DNA of 64,000 nt from an uncultured Spirochaetota bacterium (GTDB lineage Bacteria > Spirochaetota > Spirochaetia > SZUA-6 > Fen-1364): contig CAVTHO010000004.1 of assembly GCA_963734545.1 (NCBI GenBank), positions 256,001 to 320,000 on the forward strand, in the 5' to 3' direction. The notes under the pieces were generated by a model. The model made no database searches. It saw nothing but the letters and a program-made list of their open reading frames with translations, and was not told the origin of the DNA. Each line of letters begins with the position of its first letter. Position 1 is the first letter of the stretch. A program made the position numbers and the translations under genes. Below are positions 1-9,690 of this stretch, in pieces.

Positions 1-872
1 ACTTTCCTCACGCTCTCATCGTCATCCACCAGCAGGACGGTGCCGCTGCCGCGCCATTTGCCGCTCGCCTCCGCGCGCTGGCCCGAGTAGTCGGGCACGG
101 CCGCGGCGGGAAAGAGCAGCTTGAATGTCGTGCCCCGTCCGGGCTCGCTGTACACCTTGATGGCTCCACGGTGACCGCGCACCAGGCCCATCACCGCTGC
201 GAGCCCCAGGCCTCGTCCCTTCACCTTCGTGGTGAAGAACGGCTCGAAGATACGGGCGCGCAACGTGTCATCCATGCCGCACCCGTTGTCCGCGACCTCG
301 ATGAAGTCATAGAGCCCTTCCGGCAGCGGCTCGCCGCTCCACATCTCCCGAAGATACGCGTGGTCGCACTGCTGGGAGCCCGTGCTGACCGTGATGACGC
401 CGTTCGCCGTGGTGATTGCCTCTGACGCGTTGATCACGAGGTTCATCACCACCTGCTGGATCTGGGAAAGGTCCGCCTCCAGCAGGGGGATGCTCGGGGA
501 CAGGCTGAACCGGATGGCCGCCTTCTTCGAGATCGACAGCTTCAGCATCTGCTCCATTTCCGTGATGACCGCGTTGAGATCCAGGGTCCTCTTCTCGAAA
601 CGGCCCTTCCCCGAGTATGCGAGGAGCTGCTGGCAGAGGTTCGCGGCCCGCTTTGCCGACTGCGTGATCTCGTGCAGGTTCTCACGCGCGGGGGAATCGG
701 GAGAAAGGCCCCGCTCGGCGAGGTCCGCGTTGCCGAGAATGGTCATGACGATGTTGTTGAAATCGTGGGCAATGCCGCCGGCGAGCACGCCGAGGCTCTC
801 CAGCTTCTGCGTCTCCAGCAGCCGTTGGTCGAACGCCGCGCCGCCGGAGGCCTTGCGCCGCTGCCCCCGCAT
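1..872 (-). CDS. Hybrid sensor histidine kinase (HisKA-HATPase-start of receiver), 3' end runs off the window
   Basis: Read by eye on minus strand from ATG at 872: QKLESLGVLAGGIAHDFNN H-box, IQQVVMNLVINASEA N-box, DNGCGM / FEPFFTTK / GLGL G-boxes, then a VLLVDDDESVR receiver start. Confidence 0.9.
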   Translation of the reverse strand, partial: MRGQRRKASGGAAFDQRLLETQKLESLGVLAGGIAHDFNNIVMTILGNADLAERGLSPDSPARENLHEITQSAKRAANLCQQLLAYSGKGRFEKRTLDLNAVITEMEQMLKLSISKKAAIRFSLSPSIPLLEADLSQIQQVVMNLVINASEAITTANGVITVSTGSQQCDHAYLREMWSGEPLPEGLYDFIEVADNGCGMDDTLRARIFEPFFTTKVKGRGLGLAAVMGLVRGHRGAIKVYSEPGRGTTFKLLFPAAAVPDYSGQRAEASGKWRGSGTVLLVDDDESVRK

Positions 873-884
873 GGTCTTCAAGTA

Positions 885-1211
885 TCAGGCGTCCTCTTGT
901 TCCAGCACGCCGGCGGCCATGCCTTTCTCCACGAGCGCCGCCCAGGTAATGCGGATGGGCCCTCCCCGGGCACCGGCACGGGCCCGGGTCTCCAGTATCC
1001 CCGCCTTGTGCACGCTCTCCGCAATCTGCTGCGCCGCCGCATCCGTGTAGTCATCCGGGACCGCAATGACCTCGAGGACGGCGTGTTCCATCGCCGCGGC
1101 CAGACCGAGGGTGCCGTCTGGTTCAGAGGTGAAGTATAGCGAGCGGATCACGCGATGACTGCCTTTCATGCCCCACGGCGCGGTACTCCGCGCATTTTCT
1201 TCCGGGGCCAC
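885..1211 (-). CDS. Hypothetical protein, possibly a degenerate PAS-like domain, in frame with the downstream kinase
   Basis: 108-aa ORF; its TGA (887-885) is in frame with the kinase ATG at 872. Confidence 0.5.
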   Translation of the reverse strand: MAPEENARSTAPWGMKGSHRVIRSLYFTSEPDGTLGLAAAMEHAVLEVIAVPDDYTDAAAQQIAESVHKAGILETRARAGARGGPIRITWAALVEKGMAAGVLEQEDA

Positions 1212-1221
1212 TGTCTTTGTG

Positions 1222-1392
1222 CTATGAAGCCCGAAACGTGTTCAGAGCGGCTTGAGTGACGTAACCGAGGGCGAGCGCAATCTCGCCGAAGCTCCTCTTG
1301 TCGCCGTCCTTCTGCGCGCGGAGCACTGCCTCCACGTGGGACTGCTGCATGGCTTTTGTTCTCACCAGGAAGTCGCCTATTCTTTCCGCCAT
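1222..1392 (-). CDS. Small stand-alone MshEN-like (c-di-GMP-binding motif) protein, 56 aa
   Basis: MAERIGDFLVRTKAMQQSHVEAVLRAQKDGDKRSFGEIALALGYVT resembles the tandem RLGxxLxxxGxxxxxxLxxxLxxQ motif; GGAGG upstream; TTGTGT-N17-TATACT promoter-like element at 1439-1411. Confidence 0.7.
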   Translation of the reverse strand: MAERIGDFLVRTKAMQQSHVEAVLRAQKDGDKRSFGEIALALGYVTQAALNTFRAS

Positions 1393-1503
1393 TCCCCGAT
1401 CCTCCCTGACAGTATAGTCGGGCACGCCATCCGACACAAGCCTCGTAACCTTTGCACCTCTCGCTTGTTTATTGTTTGAATCTTCATAGAACCTCCTTCT
1501 GTA

Positions 1504-1546
1504 GGGGCCCCGCGAGCGTCTCCGTTCGCGGGGCCTATCTTTTTAT
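1504..1546 (+). terminator. Intrinsic terminator-like hairpin with no upstream plus-strand gene
   Basis: GGCCCCGCGA..TCGCGGGGCC stem followed by TATCTTTTTAT. Confidence 0.55.
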
Positions 1547-1549
1547 CCC

Positions 1550-1577
1550 TTGACTCCCCCCCCTGAACGGGTAGAAT
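1550..1577 (+). promoter_or_regulatory. Sigma-70-like promoter for the XRE/acyl-CoA synthetase operon
   Basis: TTGACT-N16-TAGAAT. Confidence 0.55.
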
Positions 1578-1616
1578 GGCCGCGCATTCCCTTACACGCC
1601 AGACCCGGAGGCCACC

Positions 1617-2171
1617 ATGAACGAGCAGATCAGGCTGATCGCCCAGAGGATCCGCGCCTTGCGCGACATCGCGCAGATCTCGCCGGAAACCTGTGCCCGG
1701 GACCTCGGCGTCCCCCTGGAGACCTACTGCGCCTACGAAAGCGGGAAAGCCGACATCCCGGCGAGCTTTCTGTACCAGGTTGCGGGCAAATTCCACGTGG
1801 AGCTTTCCTCCCTGCTCACCGGCGAGGAGCCGCGGCTGCGTGTCTACGCCGTCACCCGGGCGGGACGGGGCGTCCGGGTGGATCGAAGGAAGGACTACGG
1901 CTACCAGAGCCTCGCATTCAACTTCATCGACAAGAAAATGGAGCCTTTCCTCATCACGGTAGAGCCCCGGCCGGCTTCCGATCCCATTCCCCTGAACACC
2001 CACCCCGGCCAGGAGTTCAACTACGTGCTGGAAGGGGCCTTGAAGGTCGTGGTGGAAGGCCACGAAGTGCTGCTCTCCCCGGGCGACTCGATCTTTTTCG
2101 ATGCGCGCCACGGCCATGGAATGAAGGCGGTCGGAGAGACGACGGCCAAGTTCGTGGCGGTCATACTATAG
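1617..2171 (+). CDS. XRE-family transcriptional regulator with C-terminal cupin domain
   Basis: N-terminal HTH (IRALR..YESGKADIP), cupin HPGQEFNYVLEG..DSIFFDARHGH; GGAGG RBS. Confidence 0.92.
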   Translation: MNEQIRLIAQRIRALRDIAQISPETCARDLGVPLETYCAYESGKADIPASFLYQVAGKFHVELSSLLTGEEPRLRVYAVTRAGRGVRVDRRKDYGYQSLAFNFIDKKMEPFLITVEPRPASDPIPLNTHPGQEFNYVLEGALKVVVEGHEVLLSPGDSIFFDARHGHGMKAVGETTAKFVAVIL

Positions 2172-2189
2172 AAAGCGAGGTCCGGGTCC

Positions 2190-3833
2190 ATGCTGGAGCA
2201 ATTCCTCTCACAGACGAGCTTCTCCTCATACGAGGAGCTGATCAGAAAGTTCCGCATCGCCGTCCCCCCGCGGTTCAATTTCGCGTGGGACGTGGTGGAC
2301 GTCGTGGCGAAAAGAGAGCCGGGCAGGAGGGCCCTGGTCTGGTGCGATGAGAAAGGCCAGGAAGCCACCTTCACCTTCGGCCAGATGGCGGAGCTCTCCC
2401 TGCGGGCAGCCACATTCTTCCTCTCCCTGGGCATCGGGCGCGGTGACCCGGTCATGCTGATCCTCAAGCGCCGCTACGAGTACTGGTTCTGCCTCCTGGG
2501 GCTGCATCGGATCGGGGCAATCGCCATTCCGGCCACGCACCTTTTGACGAAAAAGGACATCGCCTATCGCAACAATGCGGCTGCCGTGAAAGCCGTCGTC
2601 TGCGTGAACGATCCGAAGGTGCTGGACAACGTGGACGCCGCCCTGCCCGAGTCCCCCACGCTGAAGCACCGGATCGCGCTGGGGGTGAACAGGACCGGCT
2701 GGCAGGACCTCCGGGCGGAGATGGAAAAGTCGCCCGCCACGCTGGACCGGGTGCACACGGAAAACACGGACACGAGCCTCCTGTATTTCACCTCCGGCAC
2801 GACCGGAATGCCCAAGATGGTTCAGCACGATTTCGTGTATCCGCTGGGCCATATACTCACTGCCAAGTACTGGCAGAACGTCATGGATGGCGGCCTCCAC
2901 CTCACCGTGGCGGATACCGGCTGGGCCAAGGCGGCGTGGGGCAAGATCTACGGCCAATGGCTGTGCGGCTCCGCCGTGTTCGTCTACGACTATGACCGTT
3001 TCGTGCCGAGCGCCCTTCTGGGGGTCATCGCCAGACATCGAGTCACCACCTTCTGCGCCCCTCCCACGATGTACAGGTTCTTCATCAAGGAAGACCTGAG
3101 TCAATTCGACTTTTCCAGCCTGAAGTACTGCACGGTTGCCGGAGAACCTCTGAATCCCGAGGTGTATTCCCGGTTCCTCGAGCTGACAGGTCTCAAGCTG
3201 ATGGAAGGCTACGGCCAGACTGAAATGACCGCCGCCATCGCGGTCTTCCCGTGGATGGAGCCCCGGCCCGGCTCGATGGGCAAGCCTTCTCCGGGGTACG
3301 ACATCGACCTGCTGGATGATGACGGCAAGTCCTGCGAGGCAGGGGAAAAGGGCCAGATCGTGGTCCGCACCAACGCGCGCGCCCCTGTGGGCATGTTCCA
3401 CGGCTACTACAAGGACCCGGATCTCACGGCCCGTGCATGGCATGACGGGGTATACCGCACCGGTGACGTGGCCTGGAAGGACGAGGACGGCTATTTCTGG
3501 TTCGTGGGAAGGACAGATGACGTGATCAAGAGCTCAGGGTATCGCATCGGCCCGTTCGAAGTGGAGAGCGCGCTCATCGAGCACCCCGCCGTCCTGGAAT
3601 GCGCGGTGACCGGCGTACCGGATGCGGACAGGGGCGCCGTGGTGAAGGCCACCGTGGTTCTTGCCAAGGGGTATACGGCGTGTCCCGAGCTTGCCGCGAC
3701 CCTGCAGGAGCACGTGAAGAAAACGACCGCTCCCTACAAATACCCGCGTATCATCGAGTTCGTCCCGGAGCTTCCCAAGACAATCAGCGGGAAGATCCGC
3801 AGGGTCGAGATCAGGGAAAAAGACATAGAGTAG
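2190..3833 (+). CDS. AMP-forming acyl-CoA synthetase (acetyl/medium-chain type)
   Basis: [51 protein letters not shown] motifs. Confidence 0.93.
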   Translation: MLEQFLSQTSFSSYEELIRKFRIAVPPRFNFAWDVVDVVAKREPGRRALVWCDEKGQEATFTFGQMAELSLRAATFFLSLGIGRGDPVMLILKRRYEYWFCLLGLHRIGAIAIPATHLLTKKDIAYRNNAAAVKAVVCVNDPKVLDNVDAALPESPTLKHRIALGVNRTGWQDLRAEMEKSPATLDRVHTENTDTSLLYFTSGTTGMPKMVQHDFVYPLGHILTAKYWQNVMDGGLHLTVADTGWAKAAWGKIYGQWLCGSAVFVYDYDRFVPSALLGVIARHRVTTFCAPPTMYRFFIKEDLSQFDFSSLKYCTVAGEPLNPEVYSRFLELTGLKLMEGYGQTEMTAAIAVFPWMEPRPGSMGKPSPGYDIDLLDDDGKSCEAGEKGQIVVRTNARAPVGMFHGYYKDPDLTARAWHDGVYRTGDVAWKDEDGYFWFVGRTDDVIKSSGYRIGPFEVESALIEHPAVLECAVTGVPDADRGAVVKATVVLAKGYTACPELAATLQEHVKKTTAPYKYPRIIEFVPELPKTISGKIRRVEIREKDIE

Positions 3834-3869
3834 CAGGGGCCGCGCCCGGCCTTTGCGCGCGCCGGCCGC

Positions 3870-5735
3870 TCACCTCATGGCGCGGGTCGCGTTCAGGATT
3901 GCGACCAGGGCCACTCCCATGTCCGCAATCACCGCCTCCCACATGGTGGCAATTCCGAACGCGCCCAGCGCGAGGAAAACCCCCTTCACCCCCAGCGCGA
4001 AGACGATGTTCTCCGCGACTATCGCGCGGGTTCTTCTTGCCCGGTGGATGGCCTCCACGATCTTGCCCGGGTTGTCCGACATGAGAACGACATCCGCCGT
4101 CTCCACCGCGGCATCGGCGCCTGATCGGCCCAGCGCAATGCCCACGTCCGCGCGCGCGAGCACCGGCGCGTCGTTGATGCCGTCTCCCATGAACGCGGTG
4201 CGCGCGCGCTTCCCGCCTGCCCGCATGATCGCTTCCAGGTGCTCGACCTTCTGCGCCGGCAGCAGGTCTGCATGGTACTCGTCGATGCCCAGCTCGGCGG
4301 CCACCCTCTGGGCAACCTCGACGCCGTCACCGGTCAGGAGGGCTGTCCGATCCACCCCCAGCGCGCGCAGATCCCTGATCGCCTCCTTTGCCCCGTGCCG
4401 CGCCACGTCATTGATGGCGAGATAGCCGGCGTAGGCCCCGTCCACGGCCACGTGCACCGCGGTGCCCTCGATGCAGCAGGTGTCGTGGGGGATCTGCTGG
4501 GCATGAAGGAGCCGGTCGTTGCCGGCCATGATCGCGTGCCCCTCCACCGTGGCGAAAACCCCCTGGCCGCCGAGCTCACGGAATGCGGTAGCGGCGGAGT
4601 CGTCCACGGGCCGGCCATAGGCTTCTCGAATCGACGCGGCGATCGGGTGATTCGAATGCGCCTCGGCAACGGCCGCGTAGCGGAGGAGGTCGGGGCCGGA
4701 GACGCCGTTGCGGGGATTCACCGAGGTGACGTGGAAGCTCCCCTTCGTGAGAGTGCCGGTCTTGTCGAAGACCATGGTCTTCACGCGCGCCAGCACGTCG
4801 AGGTACGCCGATCCCTTCACCAGTATGCCGTGACGCGAGGCTCCCCCCACCCCGCCGAAATACCCGAGCGGGATGCTGATGACCAGCGCGCACGGGCAGG
4901 AGATGACGAGCATGGTGAGGGCGCGATAGACCCAGTCGTGCAGGAGGGCGCCGGGAACGAACAGCGGCGGCAGGAAAGCCACCATGGCCGCCGCGGCAAC
5001 CACGAGGGGCGTGTAGATCCGGGCGAACCTGCTGATGAACCGCTCCGTCTTTGCCTTGGCGCGCGTGGCGCCCTCCACGAGCTGTATAATCTTCGCGGCG
5101 CTGGACTCCCCCGCGCTGCGCGTGACCCGCATTTCTATCAGGCCGTCCATGCAGATGAATCCCGCCAGCACTTCCTGGCCGGGCTCCACGCGGCGTGGAA
5201 CGGGCTCTCCCGTGAGGGCGGAAGTGTCCACGAAGCTCCCGCCCGACGTCACGCGACCATCCAGCGGCACGCGCTCGCCGGGACGGACCACGACTTCAGC
5301 GTCGATCGCGACCTCTTCGGGCCGGATCTCCACGAGGTCCCCGTTGCGCCGCACACGCGCGGAATCCGGCCGCAGGTCCAGGAGCTTCCGGATGGACCTG
5401 CGGCTGCGATCCACGGACAGGTGCTCCAGTATCTCCCCCACCTTGAAAAAAACCATCACCGCGACCGCTTCCGAAGGCAGGCGTATGGCGAATGCGCCGC
5501 CCGTGGCCACGGTCATCAGGAAGTTCTCGTCGAACACCCGGCCCCGGAAGATCCCGCGCACCGCCGCGGCCAGCACGTTCCAGCCCGCCAGGAGATAGGC
5601 TGCCCCGAAGATCACGTAGCTCAGCCAGGGCCATGCGGAGGCCTGGATCCTGCCGCCGGCAGCGATCCCGAGAACGAGCAGGGCGATCCCCACGCCCAGC
5701 ACAACGAGATCCGCGCGAAGGTTGAAGCGCCCCAT
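3870..5735 (-). CDS. cadA: Heavy-metal (Zn/Cd/Co) translocating P1B-type ATPase, no N-terminal HMA domain
   Basis: TGEP, SCPCAL, DKTGT, HP, GDGINDAP motifs. Confidence 0.9.
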   Translation of the reverse strand: MGRFNLRADLVVLGVGIALLVLGIAAGGRIQASAWPWLSYVIFGAAYLLAGWNVLAAAVRGIFRGRVFDENFLMTVATGGAFAIRLPSEAVAVMVFFKVGEILEHLSVDRSRRSIRKLLDLRPDSARVRRNGDLVEIRPEEVAIDAEVVVRPGERVPLDGRVTSGGSFVDTSALTGEPVPRRVEPGQEVLAGFICMDGLIEMRVTRSAGESSAAKIIQLVEGATRAKAKTERFISRFARIYTPLVVAAAAMVAFLPPLFVPGALLHDWVYRALTMLVISCPCALVISIPLGYFGGVGGASRHGILVKGSAYLDVLARVKTMVFDKTGTLTKGSFHVTSVNPRNGVSGPDLLRYAAVAEAHSNHPIAASIREAYGRPVDDSAATAFRELGGQGVFATVEGHAIMAGNDRLLHAQQIPHDTCCIEGTAVHVAVDGAYAGYLAINDVARHGAKEAIRDLRALGVDRTALLTGDGVEVAQRVAAELGIDEYHADLLPAQKVEHLEAIMRAGGKRARTAFMGDGINDAPVLARADVGIALGRSGADAAVETADVVLMSDNPGKIVEAIHRARRTRAIVAENIVFALGVKGVFLALGAFGIATMWEAVIADMGVALVAILNATRAMR

Positions 5736-5736
5736 G

Positions 5737-6084
5737 TCATTCCGCCAGGTGGGTCCGGATGGACTGGAGGACCGCGCTCACGTGGTGGTCACTCAGCGAG
5801 TAGTACACGATCTTGCCGTCGCGGCGGTGGCTGACGAGCCGCGCGCTCTTCAGCACGGCGAGCTGGTGGCTCACCGCGGAGACGCTCATGCCGAACGCCT
5901 CGCTGAGGTCGCCGACGCACAGCTCTCCGGCAAGAAGCGCGTGAAGTATGCGAAGCCTCGTCGAATCTCCGAGGATCTTGAAAAAGATCTCCATGTCTTC
6001 GAGCTCATCCGGGTCGGGAATCTTCGCCCTTCCCGCAATCACCGCCTCCGGATGTATGCCGCGCATGCTGGTTGCTGGTGCCAT
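5737..6084 (-). CDS. ArsR/SmtB-family metal-sensing repressor (alpha5-type)
   Basis: FFKILGDSTRLRIL, ELCVGDL, SAVSHQL, YYSLSDHHV..HLAE; ATG at 6084 with AGGAG RBS. Confidence 0.9.
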   Translation of the reverse strand: MAPATSMRGIHPEAVIAGRAKIPDPDELEDMEIFFKILGDSTRLRILHALLAGELCVGDLSEAFGMSVSAVSHQLAVLKSARLVSHRRDGKIVYYSLSDHHVSAVLQSIRTHLAE

Positions 6085-6093
6085 GAATGCTCC

Positions 6094-6152
6094 TTCTCTC
6101 ACTTGAACAGTTGTTCAAGTGAGAGAATAACGCGACAGCAGCGGATTGTCAA
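6094..6152 (-). promoter_or_regulatory. SmtB-type operator (16-2-16 inverted repeat) overlapping a sigma-70 promoter
   Basis: TTCTCTCACTTGAACA-GT-TGTTCAAGTGAGAGAA at 6094-6127; TTGACA(6152-6147)-N17-TATTCT(6129-6124). Confidence 0.85.
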
Positions 6153-6189
6153 GAGGAGGAAGGGGACGGCGCGGGCGCCCGGCCCCGGA

Positions 6190-7571
6190 TCAGGCGCGCA
6201 CGCGCCCGCGAAACAGGGATGCAAAAATGCCGGCGCCGCACAGCGCCGCAAAAATGAAGAATCCCGAGCGGAAGGCGCTGAGAAACGCATTGTATCGCTC
6301 AGGGGTTATCTCCACCTCGCCCACATATACGGCGATGATCAACGCGGCGATGCCCATGCTCAACATCTGCCCGATGAGACGCATGGCTCCTGTCGTGGCC
6401 GAGGCGACAGCATAGTGTTTCCTCTCCACGGAACCCATGATGGCGCTGGTATTGGGGGAGGAGAACAGCCCGAACCCCAGGCCGCAGACAACCAGGATGG
6501 CGATGATGTATGCAAGGCTCGAGGCGCGGCCGAGGAACGCGGTGAGAAGAAGACCGACCGTGCTCAAGGCCATGCCCACGGAAGCCACTATTCGCGGCTC
6601 CACCCGGTCCGAGAGCCGCCGGCCAGCGGGGAGAATACCGCCATCATCACCGGCTGGGTCAGCATGATCAGACCCGCGGAACGCGGAGAGAATCCCTTGA
6701 TGTACTGGAGGAACAGGCTCAGCAGGAAGGAAAGGGCAAAGGTAGCCGCGTAGTTGATCAGCGCCGAGAGATTGGAAAGGGCGAAGACCGAGCTGCGGCG
6801 AAAGAGACTGACATCCAGCACGGGGGAAGCGACACGGCTCTCCCTCAGCACGAAGGCCGCGAGCAGCACGGCGCCGCCGATGATGAGCCAGAGGCCGGTC
6901 ACTGCCGGCAGCAGCCGGAAACCGTACATCACGGCGAACAACGCGCAGGCGTAGAAGAGCGATCCGACCACGTCCATCTTCTGGCCGCGCGCCTCCGCCC
7001 ACTCGCCCCTCACCTTCCAGAGAGCCAGCCCGGTCACGAACAACCCCAGGACCATGGTCAGCAGGAAGATGCTCCGCCAGCCGAGGAACTGGGTGAGCAT
7101 GCCGCCGATGAAAGGACCGAGCGCGCCGCCGGCGTACACGGATGCCACGGTGATTCCGAGAGCGCGTCCCCTCTGCTCGGGCGGATAGACCGAGGTGACA
7201 ATGGCCAGCGAGGTCCCGAACATCATGGCGTCGGTGAATCCCTGCAAGGCACGGAGGGCGACCAGCATGGCCTCTGAGGCGGCAAGCGCGCACAGGAGCG
7301 ACACGACCGAGTAGCCGGCCATGCCCGTAAGGAAGACCTTTTTTCGGCCGTGGATATCCGCCATCCTCCCCATGGGAACGAGGAACATGGCTGCGGCAAG
7401 CAGGTAGGCGGTGCTGATCCAGCTCAAGGTGATGGCGTCTGCGGAAAACTCCTTGCCGATCGAGGGGATTGCGATGTTGATCGAGGAGGCCATGAACGGC
7501 GTGAGAAATGAGGCCGTCGAGGCAACGAAAAGAACCACGCGTTTGTCGACCGTACCGTGCTGCGGGTGCAT
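6190..7571 (-). CDS. MFS drug:H+ antiporter (DHA2/EmrB-QacA type), one frameshift near 6618
   Basis: GRMADIHGRKK motif A; ORF 6588-7571 continues into the C-terminal frame RLSDRVEPR..SSPNTSAIMG ending at 6190. Confidence 0.85.
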
Positions 7572-7659
7572 GCGCTTTCACCCACTATATGCGGAATCAG
7601 CGTCCATGGCTATTCCGACAGATGCGCAAGACGGGTATACTCGGGGTCGAGAAACGACA

Positions 7660-8232
7660 ATGCAGTCTGAACAACTGAGAGCGCTGTGGGAGAGGTACTG
7701 CTGCCGGCTTCTTGCGTTCATACGCGGGAAGATCGCGGATGAATCTGAAGCGGAAGACATCCTTCAGGAGGTCTTCCTCCGGATCCACCGCAACCTGTGC
7801 TGCCAGGAATGGAACAAGCCGGACGGCTGGATCTACCAGATCACGCGCAACCTGATCATCGACCATTACCGCAGCCGCAGGGAAACGGTCGAAGTCGACG
7901 AAACCATGCCCGCCCTGGAACAGGGTGGCCCTGAGGATGATCCCGTGACCCGGCTGGCATTCTCCCTGAGGGAAACCATCGATGCGCTGCCGGAGCCGTA
8001 CCGCCAGGCCCTGGTGCTGACCGAATATGAGGGCCTGAGCCAGAAGGAGCTCGCCTCCCGGATGGGAATATCGCTCTCCGGAGCCAAGTCGCGCGTGCAG
8101 CGCGCACGGGAGAAGCTGCGCGATCTGCTCCTGACCTGCTGCCACTTCGAGCTGGACCGGCGAGGAAGGATCATAGACTACTACAAGCGCTGTTGCTGCT
8201 GCGGCGCGGCCGCCCAACGGCACCCGGCATGA
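7660..8232 (+). CDS. sigZ: ECF RNA polymerase sigma factor, SigZ family
   Basis: AEDILQEVFLRIH, WIYQITRNLIIDHYR, GAKSRVQRAREKLRDLLLTCCHFELDRRG; Cys-rich C-terminus. Confidence 0.85.
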   Translation: MQSEQLRALWERYCCRLLAFIRGKIADESEAEDILQEVFLRIHRNLCCQEWNKPDGWIYQITRNLIIDHYRSRRETVEVDETMPALEQGGPEDDPVTRLAFSLRETIDALPEPYRQALVLTEYEGLSQKELASRMGISLSGAKSRVQRAREKLRDLLLTCCHFELDRRGRIIDYYKRCCCCGAAAQRHPA

Positions 8233-8278
8233 TTTTCAGGAACGGCTCCGCGCCGTTCGCCCGCAGACTCCTCGTGCG

Positions 8279-9367
8279 TCACACGCTGTACCGGCGCCCT
8301 TCATCCAGCATTGCGAGGTAGTTGTCCAGTGGGACGTAGTTGGCCACGGTGTTGCCCGTGCCAAGGCAGTAGCCGCCGCCTTTCATGCAGACTTCCAGCG
8401 TCTCCCGTACCCGCCGCCTGATGTCTGACTCGGTGGACCTGCACAGGAAGTCCATGTCGATCCCGCCGAGAAGCGCAATCCTGCCGCCGTAGCGCCCCTT
8501 GGCCTCGGTCACGGGCAGTATTGCGTCCTCGAAGGAGTGTTTTCCATCGATGCCGACATCATCGATAAGGTCGTCCATGATCTCGTCGAGCTTGCCGCAC
8601 GAGTGAAGCAGATACGGCTTGCCTTTCGACCGGGCGATCGCCGCGCAGCGCGTGTGCCAGGGAAGGACTTTTCGGCGCAGAAAGTCGGGAGAGAGCATTG
8701 TGCCTGACCGGAATCCCAGGTCATCCGAGCCCCAGATCACCGCTACCTTTGAGAAGTCCGCAAGAGCGTCGGTGAAAGCCACATAGAAAGTCCCGACCTT
8801 TTCCAGAACAGCGTCGACGAGGGCGGGCTGGTCGACCAGGAAATAGCAGAGCGTTTCGTACCCCAGCAGAAAAGAGAGAATCTCGAAGATGTGCGCGGTG
8901 AGCTCGTAGCATCCCATGTTCGGCGGCAGGTTCCGCTCGAGCCATTCGAGGGGGGAAAAGTCGATCTCCGCGACTTTCGGCCAGGGGTAGGCTTCAAAAT
9001 CCTTCCAGCTCTGGATGGGTCCGGTGTGCTCCTCCTGCCAATCTCGAGCAGCTCTTTCCTGTTCAGGGAGCATGGTCGTGTCCGGCGCAGACAGGCGTGC
9101 CATCGGAAACACGGTCTTGCGCGCGACACCGACCCGGAACATGTCATAGCCAAGGAATGCGTGCAGTGTCATATCCCGTTTCGTTTCGTACAGGGGATCG
9201 GACCTGTCCAGCCCGGCTGCGAGCTCGAACCGCGCGCAGACGGCCTCCTTGATCTCGGCGTCGAGAAAGAGCTCGACGTGGTGCACCCTGCGGGGCATCT
9301 TCCGCCGGAAGAGGACCTCCCTCATTTCCCCTACGTCCGGGTCGAGCGGTTTCGAAAACTCCTTCAT
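8279..9367 (-). CDS. Uroporphyrinogen decarboxylase (URO-D/MtaA-like) family protein
   Basis: GSDDLG, LLHSCG, LLGGIDM, GGGYCLGTGN motifs. Confidence 0.85.
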   Translation of the reverse strand: MKEFSKPLDPDVGEMREVLFRRKMPRRVHHVELFLDAEIKEAVCARFELAAGLDRSDPLYETKRDMTLHAFLGYDMFRVGVARKTVFPMARLSAPDTTMLPEQERAARDWQEEHTGPIQSWKDFEAYPWPKVAEIDFSPLEWLERNLPPNMGCYELTAHIFEILSFLLGYETLCYFLVDQPALVDAVLEKVGTFYVAFTDALADFSKVAVIWGSDDLGFRSGTMLSPDFLRRKVLPWHTRCAAIARSKGKPYLLHSCGKLDEIMDDLIDDVGIDGKHSFEDAILPVTEAKGRYGGRIALLGGIDMDFLCRSTESDIRRRVRETLEVCMKGGGYCLGTGNTVANYVPLDNYLAMLDEGRRYSV

Positions 9368-9538
9368 CGTCGTCCCTCCGTGGCTTCCTCCATCCTACCA
9401 CGATCCGCCCGGGCCGTGCTGTCGCCGCTGCGGGCGGCGCGCAGCCGCTCCGGAAGTATTTTCCGGAAAGATTGCGTCTTTTTCGCTCTGCCTCCGTCTA
9501 CCAGGTTGTCACTGCACGCGAGTGACGAGGAGGAACAG

Positions 9539-9688
9539 ATGTTGCAGGATTTCTTGATGCGGATGTATGCGCCCCTTCTTTGGCAGGAGCAGTGCGACCA
9601 CCGATCCCGGACGGAGCCGCGCCCGCTGAACCTGGCGAGGCTCCGAGGATGCGCGTGTGAGCAGCCTTGCTGCGGGCAGGCGGCCTGA
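9539..9688 (+). CDS. Putative 49-aa Cys-rich small protein
   Basis: GAGGAGG RBS then ATG; MLQDFLMRMY..GCACEQPCCGQAA; stop 2 nt before the permease ATG. Confidence 0.5.
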   Translation: MLQDFLMRMYAPLLWQEQCDHRSRTEPRPLNLARLRGCACEQPCCGQAA

Positions 9689-9690
9689 CC

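Noticed and set aside
885-887. Selenocysteine recoding of the in-frame TGA upstream of the kinase
   Set aside because: No redox-motif context or evident SECIS hairpin; it lies in a linker position
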